A stretch of 64,000 bases of DNA, from the sequence record HQ630627.1; one strand, 5' to 3'. Position 1 is the stretch's first letter; the number at the start of each line of letters is the position of its first letter. Both the position numbers and the translations under genes were made by a program. Shown in pieces: positions 29,336 to 39,086 of the stretch. A model generated the notes under the pieces. It made no database searches. It was not told the DNA's origin and worked only from the letters and a program-made list of their open reading frames with translations. Source of the stretch: Pseudomonas phage PhiPA3.

Positions 29336-30373
29336 ATGGCTATTCTTAAACGCGCACAATCTTCCATCCAAGGCCTACCGGCCGCACTGACTAGTCTGCA
29401 AGACAATATCGACGCTGAAGCTCAGGCTCGTGCAGACGCTGATGGTATACTGTCCACTCTGGTTACCACCAACAAACAAAACTTGGTATTAGCCATTAAC
29501 GAAGTTTTCTCGACTGCTGCTGAAGGTCGTGACAACGCTACTATCGCCAGACAGGAAGTTTCTGATCTGGACGCAGTTACTCTGAAGGCAGCTAGTAATT
29601 TGTCCGATCTGGCTGACATTGCAGTAGCTCGTGGCAACCTCCAGACCCTGTCTGAAACTGAAATCGAAGCCCTGATCGATGCTGCTAAACTGGCAGGTGG
29701 TGTTAGCTACGATGTAGCCACTATTGCTGCACGTGATGCACTCACTGGACTCACCACTGCTGATCGCGTGTGGGTAGCTGACGACGGCGATACCAAGTGG
29801 GCTATCTATAAACCCACTGCGGTTGATGGGACGGGTAAAGGTACAGCTTGGCTGAAGCTGTACGACGAAGACGCCCTGACCAATTCGCTGACCGCCGCTG
29901 GTATCAAAGCTGCTTACGAGAGCAATGATGATACCAATGCCTTCACCGATGCTGAGAAAGCCAAACTGGCCTACATCACTGTCGCCGCTGCGGTTGATCT
30001 GGCTGCGCTGGCTAAATCCAGCGATGTGGTCGCTAAAGCCAGTCTGGTACAAGACCTTGAAGGTGGTACTGCTACTGATGCCGCTCCGTCTGTTAAAGCG
30101 GTGGTTGATTATGTAGCTGCTCATGCAGGCTCTGGTGGTGTACAAGCTGCATTGGAAAACGTTGTAGTCACCGATGGTCAGATCACTCTGGCAAATGCTC
30201 CGGCAGGTGGCCTGGCTGGCGTACTTAACTTCGCTACCGTTCGGTATATCACTGGTGGTGTTGCTTATGATGCTCCGGTTGTTGCTACTGCCGACCCGAA
30301 AGTGTTCGATGTATCCACTGATACTGCCAACCAGTGGGATGGTAACACTGTACAAGTTCAGTATGTGTACTAA
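29336..30373 (+). CDS. fibre-associated protein (345 aa; Ala/Thr-rich with coiled-coil-like N-terminus)
   Basis: ORF between the anchor paralog and the tip paralog; followed by a terminator. Confidence 0.4.
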   Translation: MAILKRAQSSIQGLPAALTSLQDNIDAEAQARADADGILSTLVTTNKQNLVLAINEVFSTAAEGRDNATIARQEVSDLDAVTLKAASNLSDLADIAVARGNLQTLSETEIEALIDAAKLAGGVSYDVATIAARDALTGLTTADRVWVADDGDTKWAIYKPTAVDGTGKGTAWLKLYDEDALTNSLTAAGIKAAYESNDDTNAFTDAEKAKLAYITVAAAVDLAALAKSSDVVAKASLVQDLEGGTATDAAPSVKAVVDYVAAHAGSGGVQAALENVVVTDGQITLANAPAGGLAGVLNFATVRYITGGVAYDAPVVATADPKVFDVSTDTANQWDGNTVQVQYVY

Positions 30374-30384
30374 TCTGTAACAGG

Positions 30385-30417
30385 ATAGAGCGTGGGCCTA
30401 GTGCCCACGCTCTATTT
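30385..30417 (+). terminator. hairpin agagcgtgggc-ctagt-gcccacgctct plus ATTT
   Basis: 11-bp palindrome. Confidence 0.55.
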
Positions 30418-30431
30418 AAGTGGTGAAAATT

Positions 30432-31619
30432 ATGGGTATTCTTGTTGCTAATGACGGTGATGTGGTAGTAGCCTCTATTGCGGCTCGTGATGAGATCGCG
30501 ATTAAGCGCCCACAAATGCTCGTCCTGGTAGAAGATGCAACTGCTGACCCTGTCTTCGGTGGTGGGTCCGTCCAGTATATTTGGGATCATGTTGCGTTGG
30601 GCTGGTCTCCAATCTGGTCTTCTCGTAAACCTAACCTTACGTTTGTAACCGAAGAGAAAGTTATTACGGGTGGTCAAGTTACTGCTGACCATGTCGTTAA
30701 AGATAATGTCGTGTTGTCGGCTATCATTCTGGATACCGACAATACAATCCTAAGTGATGCTGTTCCAACTGTAAGTGGTACTGCGATCAATTTAGGGACT
30801 AACACGTACGACGGTAAGAGACTACATTACACGTATGCGTATGGTAGCCTCACTCAACTCATCGAAAATATTTGGGAAACCAAAGCTGACCTGACTTACG
30901 TCAATACGAACTTTGCTAGTCAGCAATATGTTCAGGATGCAATAGGTGCAGGGAATTTCCTAACCGCAGCCGACTTGGATGGTTATGCCACTGAAACCTG
31001 GGTAACCAATCAGGAATATCAGACCAGTACTGACGTTGATAGTAAAATCACCGCTGCGCTCTCTGGGTATGCGACAGTAGCGTTTGTTAATGGTAAAGGT
31101 TATCAAACGGCTTCTGATGTTACAACATACGTAACGAGTCTTGGTTATCAAACGAGTAATCAAGTTGATTCTAAGATCTCCGCAGCCCTTAACGGTTATG
31201 CAACACAGAGCTATGTAACTTCACGTGGTTACATTACCGATGCCGCTAATGACGGTAAGAAATACATCCGCACTAACCAAGGTTGGGCGGAATTGACGGT
31301 TAGTTTCGATACATATTCTCTGTTGTCGAGTACTTCTGCTTCTGGGGATTATGTAGTTAACGCTACCAACCAACAGTCGGTTGCTTTAACAGCGACGGTT
31401 ACACGTAATGTAAGCTTTACCAATGGACCGGCTAACCGTACGATCACAACAGCATTAATCATGGTGGGTGCTAAGGCACCCAATGTCACCGGTTCCAATG
31501 TTAAATGGCAGGCCAATACTGCACTGACCGATGCAGATATGGGCGCAACCAAAACAGTTATCGTGGCGTTCTGGGATGGCATCGACACTTGGATCCTGAC
31601 CAAAGGTCCTTATTACTAA
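30432..31619 (+). CDS. fibre protein with tandem GYATxxYV ~30-aa repeats and a C-terminal tip domain paralogous to the C-terminus of the 25493 protein
   Basis: C-terminal ~110 aa alignable (SFDTYSLLSS...TKTVIVAFWDGIDTWILTKGPYY vs TFDTYNLKSS...NKTVMAALWDGETTWIIARGAAY). Confidence 0.55.
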   Translation: MGILVANDGDVVVASIAARDEIAIKRPQMLVLVEDATADPVFGGGSVQYIWDHVALGWSPIWSSRKPNLTFVTEEKVITGGQVTADHVVKDNVVLSAIILDTDNTILSDAVPTVSGTAINLGTNTYDGKRLHYTYAYGSLTQLIENIWETKADLTYVNTNFASQQYVQDAIGAGNFLTAADLDGYATETWVTNQEYQTSTDVDSKITAALSGYATVAFVNGKGYQTASDVTTYVTSLGYQTSNQVDSKISAALNGYATQSYVTSRGYITDAANDGKKYIRTNQGWAELTVSFDTYSLLSSTSASGDYVVNATNQQSVALTATVTRNVSFTNGPANRTITTALIMVGAKAPNVTGSNVKWQANTALTDADMGATKTVIVAFWDGIDTWILTKGPYY

Positions 31620-31621
31620 AA

Positions 31622-31666
31622 GACGGCATATCGCCCCACCCGAAAAGGTGGGGCTTTATGTTGTTA
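31622..31666. terminator. bidirectional extended palindromic element (GACGGCATAT-cgccccacc-cgaaaa-ggtggggc-TTTATGTTGTT)
   Basis: sits at the strand switch between the fibre module (+) and the DNA-metabolism module (-). Confidence 0.65.
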
Positions 31667-32377
31667 TGCACGGAACATACTGAAGTACATAGCGTCGATA
31701 AATTCGAAGTCCATGTGAATCAGCTTCTCCATGCGAAATCGCCAGAGCGTATACTTCTTAGCTTCGACATTAATGTTTGATACGTCGTGCTCAAAGATCT
31801 TAGGTCCAATGAAATTGAAACAGTTCATTTTGACCTTACCCAGCTCTTCTGCATGATACTTTACCCACGGAATAAAATCGTAAGTAATGTACATAGCAAA
31901 TAAGGCGTCCATAAAGAACGGGGACAGTTCTTCCATGGAGTGTTTAACGATCTCGACGGTGGTAGATTGCCCATAGAGCTCTTTGATGATCTCTACGAGT
32001 TGTTCTTTATATTCACCATCTAAGTCATAGGGATGGATATTCACACATACACACACTTCATCCAACGGATTCCCCATGTTGTCCATGCGGTTAACGTTGT
32101 CTTCAGCTAGTACGCGCATGAGGAAAGGCATGATACCCGTCATTACTGAAGCATTAAGGGTATCTGCTGTATTTTGTCCGCCCCGCTCGGCATAGGCTTC
32201 TGCAAACTGTTCGTTAGTAATACGCCCTTTGGTTAACACATCCCAGAAATCATTCTCTCGTGTCCAGTAGTCTCTGGTCTTAACCAAATCCACAGCGGCC
32301 TCTGGACAGATGCGTTGAATGGTTCCTAGACGTGTATCCAAAAGCGCATCCAAATCAATCAAGATACGCTTAAGCAT
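31664..32377 (-). CDS. hypothetical protein (237 aa)
   Basis: ORF. Confidence 0.5.
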   Translation of the reverse strand: MLKRILIDLDALLDTRLGTIQRICPEAAVDLVKTRDYWTRENDFWDVLTKGRITNEQFAEAYAERGGQNTADTLNASVMTGIMPFLMRVLAEDNVNRMDNMGNPLDEVCVCVNIHPYDLDGEYKEQLVEIIKELYGQSTTVEIVKHSMEELSPFFMDALFAMYITYDFIPWVKYHAEELGKVKMNCFNFIGPKIFEHDVSNINVEAKKYTLWRFRMEKLIHMDFEFIDAMYFSMFRA

Positions 32378-32379
32378 AA

Positions 32380-32862
32380 TTATTCCTTACCTTTGAGCTT
32401 CGCCGCCGCTAGTACACTGTTCACCAGACGCATTTGGGTGGAAGCAAATACTAAGAAGAATAACCATTCGTTAGTGCTAAAGGTTTGTTGTAACGTTGGA
32501 TAGTTAGCCGCCTTACCCAATATCTCACGATCAACAATGGAACTTTCCACACTAAATGGTACCAGAGATCGAGCCAGGAGATTAATAGCTTCCCCAGGAG
32601 ACGACAATTCCATAATGAACGTGGTGGTTGTATTCATCAACGATGACAATAGAGCCTGATTCTCACGGATATCAGACCACAGATGCCTAACTACCAATGC
32701 GTCATTCAGCATAAACGTCATGTGGCGTAGGCGTAGTTCAGTAATCAGCGTGATTAGCTTCCCTACGATAATTTCATCTTCTGCCTGCATGAGTTCTGTC
32801 AAAGCGACAATCAAAGCTTCCTGCATGTCGATAACGCGAACACTGTTGTCGTTAATAGCCAT
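32380..32862 (-). CDS. hypothetical protein (160 aa)
   Basis: ORF. Confidence 0.5.
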   Translation of the reverse strand: MAINDNSVRVIDMQEALIVALTELMQAEDEIIVGKLITLITELRLRHMTFMLNDALVVRHLWSDIRENQALLSSLMNTTTTFIMELSSPGEAINLLARSLVPFSVESSIVDREILGKAANYPTLQQTFSTNEWLFFLVFASTQMRLVNSVLAAAKLKGKE

Positions 32863-32865
32863 TTA

Positions 32866-33540
32866 TTAACCCGCAAGATTGTTGTTCAAGTGCATCCCTT
32901 TCAGGTACACCGACAACGTCAAGTTAGATTTAGTTTGGCTAGGCGTCTCGGCCATGATCGAATCCAAAGAAGCTTCACCTGTTTCAATGATCGACTTATT
33001 CATGGCATTATAAGCCTTCTCGTCACCCCCTCGGAACTTAATGAGTTCGAGTACCATGTTGTTAAGGCCTTTAGAGGCGTTAACCTGGATCTCTGGGGCC
33101 GATAGACGAGCACCCTTACTATCACCAGCGGCTTGACCAGATCGTTCGTCTACGATGTGATTAGAGCCCGGAATAGAGGACTTCTTCACCAGCATCTGAA
33201 CTTGTCGACGGAACGGAACCAAACCCACCAAATGTTTGTTCTGAGTCTTGTACGTCTGACCCGTTTGAGGGTCAGTCAGAATCAGATGTTGGAAGAGTTC
33301 GTGACCCAGGGCATCAGCAACTTTGTAGTTCTGATTAATACTGAGTTGAGGCTCTTCCAGGTTGGGAGCATAGAGCGCTAGAACTTCACCTGCCTCCAGC
33401 CGCTCCATCCATTCTTCGAACTCTTTGTCATTCATTCGAGCAAAGAGTTCTTCGTAGATCTTTTTGTTGTTCGAGCCAGGTCGGAACATGTCGATGAAGT
33501 AGAGGATTTCACGCTCTACAACTTTGCGATCGCCTTTCAT
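32866..33540 (-). CDS. hypothetical protein (224 aa)
   Basis: ORF. Confidence 0.5.
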   Translation of the reverse strand: MKGDRKVVEREILYFIDMFRPGSNNKKIYEELFARMNDKEFEEWMERLEAGEVLALYAPNLEEPQLSINQNYKVADALGHELFQHLILTDPQTGQTYKTQNKHLVGLVPFRRQVQMLVKKSSIPGSNHIVDERSGQAAGDSKGARLSAPEIQVNASKGLNNMVLELIKFRGGDEKAYNAMNKSIIETGEASLDSIMAETPSQTKSNLTLSVYLKGMHLNNNLAG

Positions 33541-33577
33541 TTAAGACTCCGTATGAATCGTTGGACATACGATTAGC

Positions 33578-33898
33578 TTAGATGGGTTTAGACTCACATT
33601 GGTACATGGCCGTAGCACGGGAGTCAGTACAGGGCGGCAATCGATGTTTAGACAGGAACGGTAAAACCTTCTTCTGGAAATTTGCACACCAAACTTCCAA
33701 TGGATCATTCGCATTAAGCAATGTCCGCAGTTCTAGAGTGGATTGTGCATAACTGGCCAGCAGTAATTGGAAATACTGATTCAGTTGTTCCAGTGTACCA
33801 ATTGCAGGCATGCGGCGATAAAGATCCTCTGACAGTTCCACATCAAAGGCACGGATACGCTGGATAACCATCATTTTTAAATCTACTACGGCGTTCAT
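33578..33898 (-). CDS. hypothetical protein (106 aa)
   Basis: ORF. Confidence 0.45.
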   Translation of the reverse strand: MNAVVDLKMMVIQRIRAFDVELSEDLYRRMPAIGTLEQLNQYFQLLLASYAQSTLELRTLLNANDPLEVWCANFQKKVLPFLSKHRLPPCTDSRATAMYQCESKPI

Positions 33899-33918
33899 TG
33901 TTATTTACCTTAGCGGAA

Positions 33919-34374
33919 TCACTGTATTTCACCACAGTCCTCCACCTCATCTGAAATCTGCTTTAAGAATTTGACTATAAGCAAGCGGTGACAAAAGTTT
34001 CCCGCCTTGCAGTAACAACCGAGTGCTAGGCGATCGTGCGCCAATAGCCACTCGAAGTATTCTGGATACGCATGATAGCGATCACCGAGGAGTTGGAAAT
34101 AGAGTTCCTCGTACTCTTGATCGGAAACGGTCCCGGCCTTGTGACCCATGACCATATTCCAAGTCGGGGCGAGCATGCCTTCCCCGCTTTTGACAGTAGT
34201 GTCCAGCATGGGAATGCGCTTAGCGCGTACAGCACGCCACTTAGCGATTTGGTACGTGTATACCTGCATGGAGTCTGTCCTGAATAAAAGGAGTGCCCGA
34301 AGGCACTCATCTTTCTTTAGGTGGAACGGCATGCGGATCATTGGAACCGATGGGTTGGTAACCTTGACCTGCAT
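33919..34374 (-). CDS. DUF488-like protein (LAPT ... GCYCKAGNFCHRLL motif)
   Basis: C-terminal C-x-C...CHR signature and LAP(S/T) motif recalled from the DUF488 family; weak call. Confidence 0.4.
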   Translation of the reverse strand: MQVKVTNPSVPMIRMPFHLKKDECLRALLLFRTDSMQVYTYQIAKWRAVRAKRIPMLDTTVKSGEGMLAPTWNMVMGHKAGTVSDQEYEELYFQLLGDRYHAYPEYFEWLLAHDRLALGCYCKAGNFCHRLLIVKFLKQISDEVEDCGEIQ

Positions 34375-34546
34375 TGGGTGCTGATATTGCTTTTATGCGT
34401 GCTTCTAGCTCAGCAATCCGAGCATGTAACGCTTGGTTCTCATCCACCAACTCTTCCCAGCTACGACGCTGTGTGATATTTCTGATACCTTCCATGGCGA
34501 ATCGTGGAGCTGCGCTAACTAACTTTTCGTTCACAATAGTCCTCAC
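34307..34546 (-). CDS. small coiled-coil protein (79 aa)
   Basis: short ORF overlapping the 3' end of the UvsX-like gene and the start of the DUF488-like gene; heptad-like EELVDENQALHARIAELEARIKAI segment. Confidence 0.3.
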   Translation of the reverse strand: MRTIVNEKLVSAAPRFAMEGIRNITQRRSWEELVDENQALHARIAELEARIKAISAPNAGQGYQPIGSNDPHAVPPKER

Positions 34547-34631
34547 TGGTGGGCGTGGTGGGGGAGTAGGAGCTTTCTTCGGTAAGGGATTACAATCAAG
34601 CAGAGCATTGACGTTCTCCCTATGCTCCGTA

Positions 34632-36089
34632 TCAGGCTGCGGCTTTCGCTAGATCAAGAGGAATGATTTTAGCTTTGTCAGCATCAGACATCCAGTAGGG
34701 CTTATACTCAGAACGCAGCATGCGAATGAGATCGAAGGTCGAAAGGAACTTCTTCTCCACCAGGTGTTCATCTTCTTCACAGACCCAGTAACCGCGAGTT
34801 TGATTCAGGATAACATCCCAATCGTAACCCATAGCCTTCAGGCCTTCGTAGAGTTCTTTCGGGTCCGGTACATCGGTCCAGCGTTGGAACTGGATCAGTT
34901 GCAGCATTTCCGATTGAATTTCAACAGCCCGTTGCAGAGCTGGGTTATCGTTCAGCTTCTTACGTACAGTAGTACGAGATAGCTTCACATCCGGCATAAG
35001 TTCCAGGTAATAGTTCTGAAGGTTGCCACCGATCCCATAACCCGCTTCTTTGCAGTAGTGGAACTCGGACAGCGAAGGCATGATACCTTCAGTCTGCGAC
35101 ACAATCAACGTGAACGGCAGACCAGTGATACCACCTTTACCACGCAGGTTCTTCACTTCCAGAATCCGCAGGTCAGAGTCACCTTCAATGGCGGTGGAAT
35201 TATCCAGCGGATAGACAGGCATCTTATCTTTGTTGAGTAGAGGCTTGTTGGACATTACGTCCCAGACGTTGTTCGGTAGGGAGTAGAAGCCAGAGCTTAC
35301 ACCCTTCAGTACGGTATCCTTCTTCATCTCCGACAGATTACGTTTGTCGGTCGGATACATTTCCATCTGGATGATGTCGCCAACGTGTGCGGTCAGGATC
35401 ATGTAGGTACCAGTCTTGGCACACACCTGAGGCAGCTGGTTGAACAACTGATTCTTCGCTTTACCGTTGGTCATTGCATCGGTGTTGTTACCAGAAGCAC
35501 CGATTGCGTTCTTCTCGTACATATCCGAAACGGCAGTTACGATGAACTTCGAGAAGCTATCGATAAAGCCAGTGGTCGGATACAGGCACTTCTTGTTATT
35601 ACCGTTCACATCAAGGAACGGAGTAGTACGCAAATGGTCTTTCTCTGCCTTCTCTTTCTCGGCTAGAGCTGTGCGGAACAGCTTGAAGAACTCATCACCG
35701 GTGTAACGAGAGAGGTCAGTGAACACGAACTGTTCGTCATCCGCCCAGTTGATACCCTGAAGTTCTTTGATCGAGGCAGCCAGCGCAGTAAAACGAGCAT
35801 CGGGGTTAAGAGTACCCTCGGTGTCGTAAACCATTGAATACGAACCGGGGAAAGCACGGCGAACCATCGCCAGCATGTACACCCCAAGAGCAGTCTTGAA
35901 GTTGTTCGGACGAGAAGCGATACCAGTCAGCGAACCCAGTCCGCCGTTCATGATCATCTCGCCGTGTTTGCCTTGTTCATATTTACCAGTGGATACGTCC
36001 ATCAGACAGCCGATGTTAAGGGCTGGCCGGAAGGCTGGACGTTCGAAATGTTTAGCGAACATCAATGTTACCTTTTTGTGATTAGCCAA
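34632..36089 (-). CDS. UvsX/RecA-like recombinase
   Basis: alignable by eye to T4 UvsX: GGLGSLTGIASRPNNFKTALGV (UvsX GGMQSGLLILAGPSKSFKSNFGL), SMVYDTEG (UvsX LFYDSEFG), FIDSFS, ILTAHVGD. Confidence 0.65.
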   Translation of the reverse strand: MANHKKVTLMFAKHFERPAFRPALNIGCLMDVSTGKYEQGKHGEMIMNGGLGSLTGIASRPNNFKTALGVYMLAMVRRAFPGSYSMVYDTEGTLNPDARFTALAASIKELQGINWADDEQFVFTDLSRYTGDEFFKLFRTALAEKEKAEKDHLRTTPFLDVNGNNKKCLYPTTGFIDSFSKFIVTAVSDMYEKNAIGASGNNTDAMTNGKAKNQLFNQLPQVCAKTGTYMILTAHVGDIIQMEMYPTDKRNLSEMKKDTVLKGVSSGFYSLPNNVWDVMSNKPLLNKDKMPVYPLDNSTAIEGDSDLRILEVKNLRGKGGITGLPFTLIVSQTEGIMPSLSEFHYCKEAGYGIGGNLQNYYLELMPDVKLSRTTVRKKLNDNPALQRAVEIQSEMLQLIQFQRWTDVPDPKELYEGLKAMGYDWDVILNQTRGYWVCEEDEHLVEKKFLSTFDLIRMLRSEYKPYWMSDADKAKIIPLDLAKAAA

Positions 36090-36160
36090 TCACTTTATTG
36101 ATATTGAGAGTAATTTTATGTTAACAGTGTCGCGACTGTGATTAACTCTAGGATCCTAAC

Positions 36161-37123
36161 ATGAAACTCAATGTACTGACCAAGTATTCTCCAGGTATCG
36201 AAAACCACACCATCGAAGATGCGGTGTTTGATCCTTCACTCAACAAGTTCTTCACTGAAGGTGATCCGAACTCTGCTGAACAGACTGCTGAAACAGAAGC
36301 ACTGCCGATTGACCAGACTCCTACGGACAAGCTTTTTGATGCATTGCAAACCGTGTCAACTGAAGCTGGATTTATCGGTAATGTCTCTAACTGGTTTGCT
36401 CGTAAAGCAGGTAACCTGAACATGAACGTTCGGGAAGGTTTCCGTTATCTGACCAGTTGGAACTACGATCCCATGCAGAAACTTAATGTTCTGCAAATGC
36501 GTAACTTTGTTGAAACTTTGGACTACATGACCATTGAAACGCTGCGTGTATCTCAACCCGCTGGTTTTCGTGGTGAACTCCTACCGTATACAACTGGGCT
36601 GCAAAAGCGTGCTCAGATCATGGCTGAGGTAGTAGATAAGGTTATTAAACCTGCCACCGCTCGTTTTGGTCATTATCTGTCCACTCCGGAAGAACGTGCA
36701 GAACGTCGTCATTTCCAATATGGTGCTGAACTGGGCCATGACCTGGATGCACTTATCAAAGCTGACGCTGCTCATTTCTCCAGCAATCGTGTAGCCACTG
36801 CCAAGTTTGGTGAACTATTTAGTTCAATGAATGATTTCATTGAATGTGAACGCAACATGGTAGATGTCAATACCATCCTCAATGGCGGTACTACTTCCAC
36901 CGTGAAGAATGCCGTAGAAGCCCTGAGCCAAACTGCAACTGCTCTGGTGGATCGCATTGCCAAGGATAAAGACATCAAGACTTCCAGCGAATTGGCTAAG
37001 ATGATTGCTGAAGAGATCGCTGAAGTAGCCCGTTGGGTTGAATGGTACTCGGTACAGATGACACGCATCATCGAAACCAACAACGTACTGTATTCGATCG
37101 AACAAGAGCTGCGCGCTATGTAA
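36161..37123 (+). CDS. hypothetical protein (320 aa)
   Basis: ORF with AGGA RBS; divergent from the UvsX-like gene. Confidence 0.5.
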   Translation: MKLNVLTKYSPGIENHTIEDAVFDPSLNKFFTEGDPNSAEQTAETEALPIDQTPTDKLFDALQTVSTEAGFIGNVSNWFARKAGNLNMNVREGFRYLTSWNYDPMQKLNVLQMRNFVETLDYMTIETLRVSQPAGFRGELLPYTTGLQKRAQIMAEVVDKVIKPATARFGHYLSTPEERAERRHFQYGAELGHDLDALIKADAAHFSSNRVATAKFGELFSSMNDFIECERNMVDVNTILNGGTTSTVKNAVEALSQTATALVDRIAKDKDIKTSSELAKMIAEEIAEVARWVEWYSVQMTRIIETNNVLYSIEQELRAM

Positions 37124-37167
37124 GACAACATATTGCCCTCTCCCGAAGGAGAGGGCTTATGCCGTCA
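37124..37167. terminator. bidirectional extended palindromic element (GACAACATATT-gccctctcc-cgaa-ggagagggc-TTATGCCGTC)
   Basis: between convergent genes; overlaps both stop codons. Confidence 0.65.
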
Positions 37168-37575
37168 CACCTGTTCCCGACGTTCTCTCATGCAGAACTG
37201 CATCAGCTGTTTGAGGTCTTCTATAAACACACATTCGTCCGTGTACAGAAGCCAGCACGGGGTCTTCCGCGCAATGCGTTTATAGAACTTCTCGGAGGTG
37301 AGATCGTTTTTGTCGATCGGAAGAATGCCCTTCCACAGATAAGGCCCAAACAGGGTCGGAAGTCGAAGCGCACTCTCGTCACGAACCAAGCGCATCGTCG
37401 AATTAAGTCTTGCAATCCGAGAACACTCATGGTCACGACATTGCACTAAAGCAGCATGCAATGACGCCATCACACACAGCCGCTTGAGATCATCATCCAC
37501 ACGATTCCAAAAGAATAGCCATAATCCTTCGGCAACTTTGCGGACGGGTCTCATGATTCTGTTTGTAATGCTCAT
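37165..37575 (-). CDS. hypothetical protein (136 aa)
   Basis: ORF. Confidence 0.45.
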   Translation of the reverse strand: MSITNRIMRPVRKVAEGLWLFFWNRVDDDLKRLCVMASLHAALVQCRDHECSRIARLNSTMRLVRDESALRLPTLFGPYLWKGILPIDKNDLTSEKFYKRIARKTPCWLLYTDECVFIEDLKQLMQFCMRERREQV

Positions 37576-37586
37576 GGGTTACCCTA

Positions 37587-39059
37587 CTATTTCGGTAAAA
37601 TGAACTGCGTATAGGGAGAGCAGTAGATCGCAGCTCCACCCTCTGCTACAAACACAGTTGAGTATGAATAGGCTAACGGTCCATTCGCAACGATCAGAAG
37701 TTCAACCTTAACCCCGTCACACGATACCCGATTGAGTTGATTCCGTGAAGGAATGTCTTGCGCTAAGACCAACTTGATCTTAACCTTACGTCCTTTGTAA
37801 TCAATCGGAATATCGAGATGCGAGGTGTTCTGGGTAATAGTCTTCTTCAGTTGAGTGACCGTCTTCTTACCGGCCTGTACAGTCTCGTAGAAACTGTCGG
37901 TAATGTCGATTTTGCCAACCGACTCTCCAAGGGTACCAGCCAAGTAATCCGTCAAACGGCGTTCAAGAATATTGAATTCTCCAACTGCCTCGTTAGACAT
38001 CCTGGGTGGATTGAGAGTCCGACTAATCAACGCCATTTCTGGTGTTGACAGCACGCGGATATCATCGTGACGCATGAGTCCAGACAAACCCATAGATTCA
38101 ATCCGTTGACGCTGTTTGGCACTAAAGCAGTTGGCCAGGTTTAGAATACCCAGCTCGGGCATATCACTCCCGTAGGCTTCAGTGTGGATTTTAATCAACT
38201 CTTCAATGTACTCTTCAGCTTCATTGGCTTTGTAGACACCGAAGGTTGCCTCAGAAATCCTTCGTCCAAGTAAAAGATCTGATTTAGCAAGTTTATCTTT
38301 GGCCGTGTCCTTTGGCCGCAGGCCAGCATTATGCATTCGTCCAAGATTATACATGTAGTAGAACCCATCATGGGGCTTACCACTGTTAATCATGAACAGC
38401 AACCGAGACTCCATGATCAACGGACTCACCGGCTTCTTTTTCAATTTGTTGATGGCGTCGCCTTCAACTACTACCTGCACAGGCTCTGCCGTTTTAGACC
38501 CACCCCCCCTCAAGGCGTTTATATCTGCCTTGTCATTGCCCATGTCGCCGGAGTGACCCTCTACCCAAGTCATCTCCAATTTACGACCACCATTAATCCA
38601 CGCATCGCGTTGACTGATGAGATCCAACCAGAGTTCTTTGTTGGGCACTGGAGTACCATCTGGTTTAATCCAGTTGTTTTTAATCCATTTGGGTGACCAT
38701 TGCGTCAGTCCTTTGCGCACGTACTCACTGTCGAGCAACATGGTCAACTGTTTAGCTGGGGTACCAAGGGCGATTTTAAAGCCATTGATGGCAGCGCTAA
38801 GTTCTGCCGTGTTATTGGTCGGGCGATCAACGACCTTACCAAATGCATCGATATAGTCGATCACTGTACAAGTGTCTTCGACGCCAACATCCTTATAGCC
38901 TTTCGCCGTAGGTTGTTGTTTGGTTGCAGCCTTTGACTTCATCGGTGTGTCGGTGTAGGTATACCCGTGCACGCCCCAACCTGCTACGTTCTGACGAAAC
39001 GACCCGTCAGTATATAGCACAATACCATCACACATTGAATGTTCCTCTGTCGTTTCCAT
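37587..39059 (-). CDS. RNase HI-like domain (N-terminal ~190 aa) fused to a ~300-aa C-terminal domain of unknown function
   Basis: IVLYTDGS, TNNTAELSAAINGF, DSEYV, WxxxxW, VEGHSGDMGNDKAD match E. coli RNase HI catalytic motifs (TDGS, NNRMEL, DSQYV, VKGHAGHPENERCD). Confidence 0.75.
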   Translation of the reverse strand: METTEEHSMCDGIVLYTDGSFRQNVAGWGVHGYTYTDTPMKSKAATKQQPTAKGYKDVGVEDTCTVIDYIDAFGKVVDRPTNNTAELSAAINGFKIALGTPAKQLTMLLDSEYVRKGLTQWSPKWIKNNWIKPDGTPVPNKELWLDLISQRDAWINGGRKLEMTWVEGHSGDMGNDKADINALRGGGSKTAEPVQVVVEGDAINKLKKKPVSPLIMESRLLFMINSGKPHDGFYYMYNLGRMHNAGLRPKDTAKDKLAKSDLLLGRRISEATFGVYKANEAEEYIEELIKIHTEAYGSDMPELGILNLANCFSAKQRQRIESMGLSGLMRHDDIRVLSTPEMALISRTLNPPRMSNEAVGEFNILERRLTDYLAGTLGESVGKIDITDSFYETVQAGKKTVTQLKKTITQNTSHLDIPIDYKGRKVKIKLVLAQDIPSRNQLNRVSCDGVKVELLIVANGPLAYSYSTVFVAEGGAAIYCSPYTQFILPK

Positions 39060-39086
39060 ACCACACTAGATAATTATCCTACCGGG

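Noticed and set aside
22725-31619. Possible diversity-generating retroelement acting on the fibre tip paralogs
   Set aside because: No reverse transcriptase (no YxDD-containing ORF) and no template-repeat / variable-repeat pair with adenine-specific differences was found. Tip paralogy is better explained by duplication and module exchange.
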